Assembly (NCBI RefSeq): GCF_018977255.1
Contig: NW_024704807.1
Span: 62,001 to 126,000 of the forward strand
Origin: Callorhinchus milii
Lineage: Eukaryota
Length of the DNA stretch: 64,000 bases
Direction of reading: 5' to 3'
Position 1 is the first letter of the stretch. Each line of letters starts with the position of its first letter. Made by a program: the position numbers and the translations under genes. The notes under the pieces are model-generated. The model saw only the letters and a list, made by a program, of their open reading frames with translations, searched no databases and was not told the origin of the DNA. Positions 62,597 through 64,000 of the stretch are shown here, one piece after another.

Positions 62597-64000
62597 ATGT
62601 ATTCAATATCACTGGAAGTTGAGAGAGCGTTGATGGTGCAGTTGGAGAATGTTGGCTGCGAGGCTGTAAGATACCTTGAATGGGGCTGAACAGGACACAA
62701 CATACAGAAGCTACATACACTGTGAAGGAATAGGTCTGAAGGTTATGTACAAAAACCTTGTGTCACTGTCATTTTGGGTCATCTTCTCTGCTCTGTCATC
62801 TCGCTCCTCCATGGCTTCTCTTCCATCGCTGACATTCATTTCTTCAGCTGAGGGTCTGACACCTGCAGCAAGTTACACGCATATGGAAGTTGATCCCAAA
62901 CTCGTCCATGAGTTCCAAAAACGTGTGCCATCTGCGAAGTCCTGAAGCTGAATGCTTAAAGCCCTCGACACACAAGCGAGAGACCTCGGTTCGATTCCCG
63001 GCGATGTGAAATGTTGGACGTGTTACGTTAATCCCCAAACACAACTGTTTACAGATGAGTAAGTAGGAAACTTGTTGTTAGTCGAATGTTAGTTTCCTTT
63101 GTGGGGATAATAATCCCGTTTCGTATTCAAAATGCAGTCACATCACTTTACAGTATATTCTGTGAAGCGCTTTGAGACGTCTCAGAGACGAGATAAGGCG
63201 CTGTTTAAAATGCAAGTCTTATTAATATATATAGTCAAATAAAGGTAGGAGGAGGTATTCAGTGGAAGCCCCTGAGTGCGTTCAGACGGCTGGAAAATGG
63301 ACTACTGTGTGTTGGCTTCATATCCCCGGAGGCAGATGTCAATTTGGTAACGAGGTGAAACGAGCGATTGGAAGGTTTCAAAGCGAAAGAGGAGGAATCA
63401 AGTAACGTCAGCAGTTTCTCGGATGTCTCTGCACCAGTTAGTGGAAAGTTTCTTTCCCGCCCCTTTCCGGTCTTGGTTTCTGGGTTACAGCAGTTTGGGT
63501 GCAAAATACAAGTTGACTTATCCATTTCAAAGCTGCAAGTTATTGTGTTTTACGGTTTATTTCGCTGAATGATACTTCATATTTTAAAACTGTTGTTTGT
63601 AACATGTGTGTCTGACACAAGAGGCAACACATCACCATGATTTTACGTAATCAAAACAAACCGTGAAATATAACGATAAGCTTTGCTGTTGCTATCATCT
63701 TCTTGACGCCTCAAAGAGCTTTACAGCTATACTTAAAAATGTAATCACTGTGTTTTTTGTTGACGAAACTTGGCAGTCAATTGCGCACAGTTGCATTTCA
63801 AAAACAGTTGCTCAAAGAGTGTCCACATTATCTTTATTTAGTTTGAAGGAACCAGTCGATTATCAACCAGTTTCCTACTTAAAGCTGGTTAAAAATTCGT
63901 GTGTGGATTAAGAAAGTGTACTGACTTTGGATGAAACGCAGCAGTAAATTTCGCTAATAGTCGTGTGACCGATTGAGTAAACTTTTGTTTCTTTTTCATT

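Noticed and set aside
1-64000. CRISPR-like array, prokaryotic systems, constant-region exons or IgH-type V genes
   Set aside because: The repeats are dispersed SINEs and segmental duplications, not regularly spaced arrays. I saw no C1-set exon and no VH-like (WVRQ..GKGLEW) segment.

Overview
Cartilaginous-fish T-cell receptor alpha/delta (TRA/TRD) variable-gene region, possibly the chimaera Callorhinchus milii (species is inferred from the tRNA-SINE/L2/CR1 repeat landscape and is not verified). All receptor segments are on the minus strand. I find 22 V segments with recognisable exons plus 6 degenerate V relics, arranged in tandemly duplicated modules. The main feature is three complete NAR-TCR cassettes embedded in the V array. 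Each has a leader, an IgNAR-like V with a 22-bp-spacer RSS, one D flanked by 12/12 RSS, and a J with a 23 RSS whose phase-1 donor is in frame with a leaderless 'supporting' TCR-delta V carrying its own RSS. These encode a doubly rearranging, two-V-domain delta chain. The D, J and leader exons are invisible in the ORF track and were found by reading RSS and splice signals. A fourth supporting V (29520-29821) has no NAR V-D-J in the assembled sequence. NAR-TCR itself is a known shark system. Details here that may be undescribed: an FR1 Cys in every NAR V matched by a CDR1 Cys (or a relocated A-strand Cys) in the supporting V; Trp-to-Phe in the core of all NAR Vs; near-identical 3' halves of the supporting Vs; and RSS geometry that would let conventional Vs join NAR D-J. 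The rest is SINEs, one 5'-truncated L2 LINE, CR1 fragments, microsatellites and seven N runs. Coordinates were counted by hand; repeat and relic boundaries are approximate.
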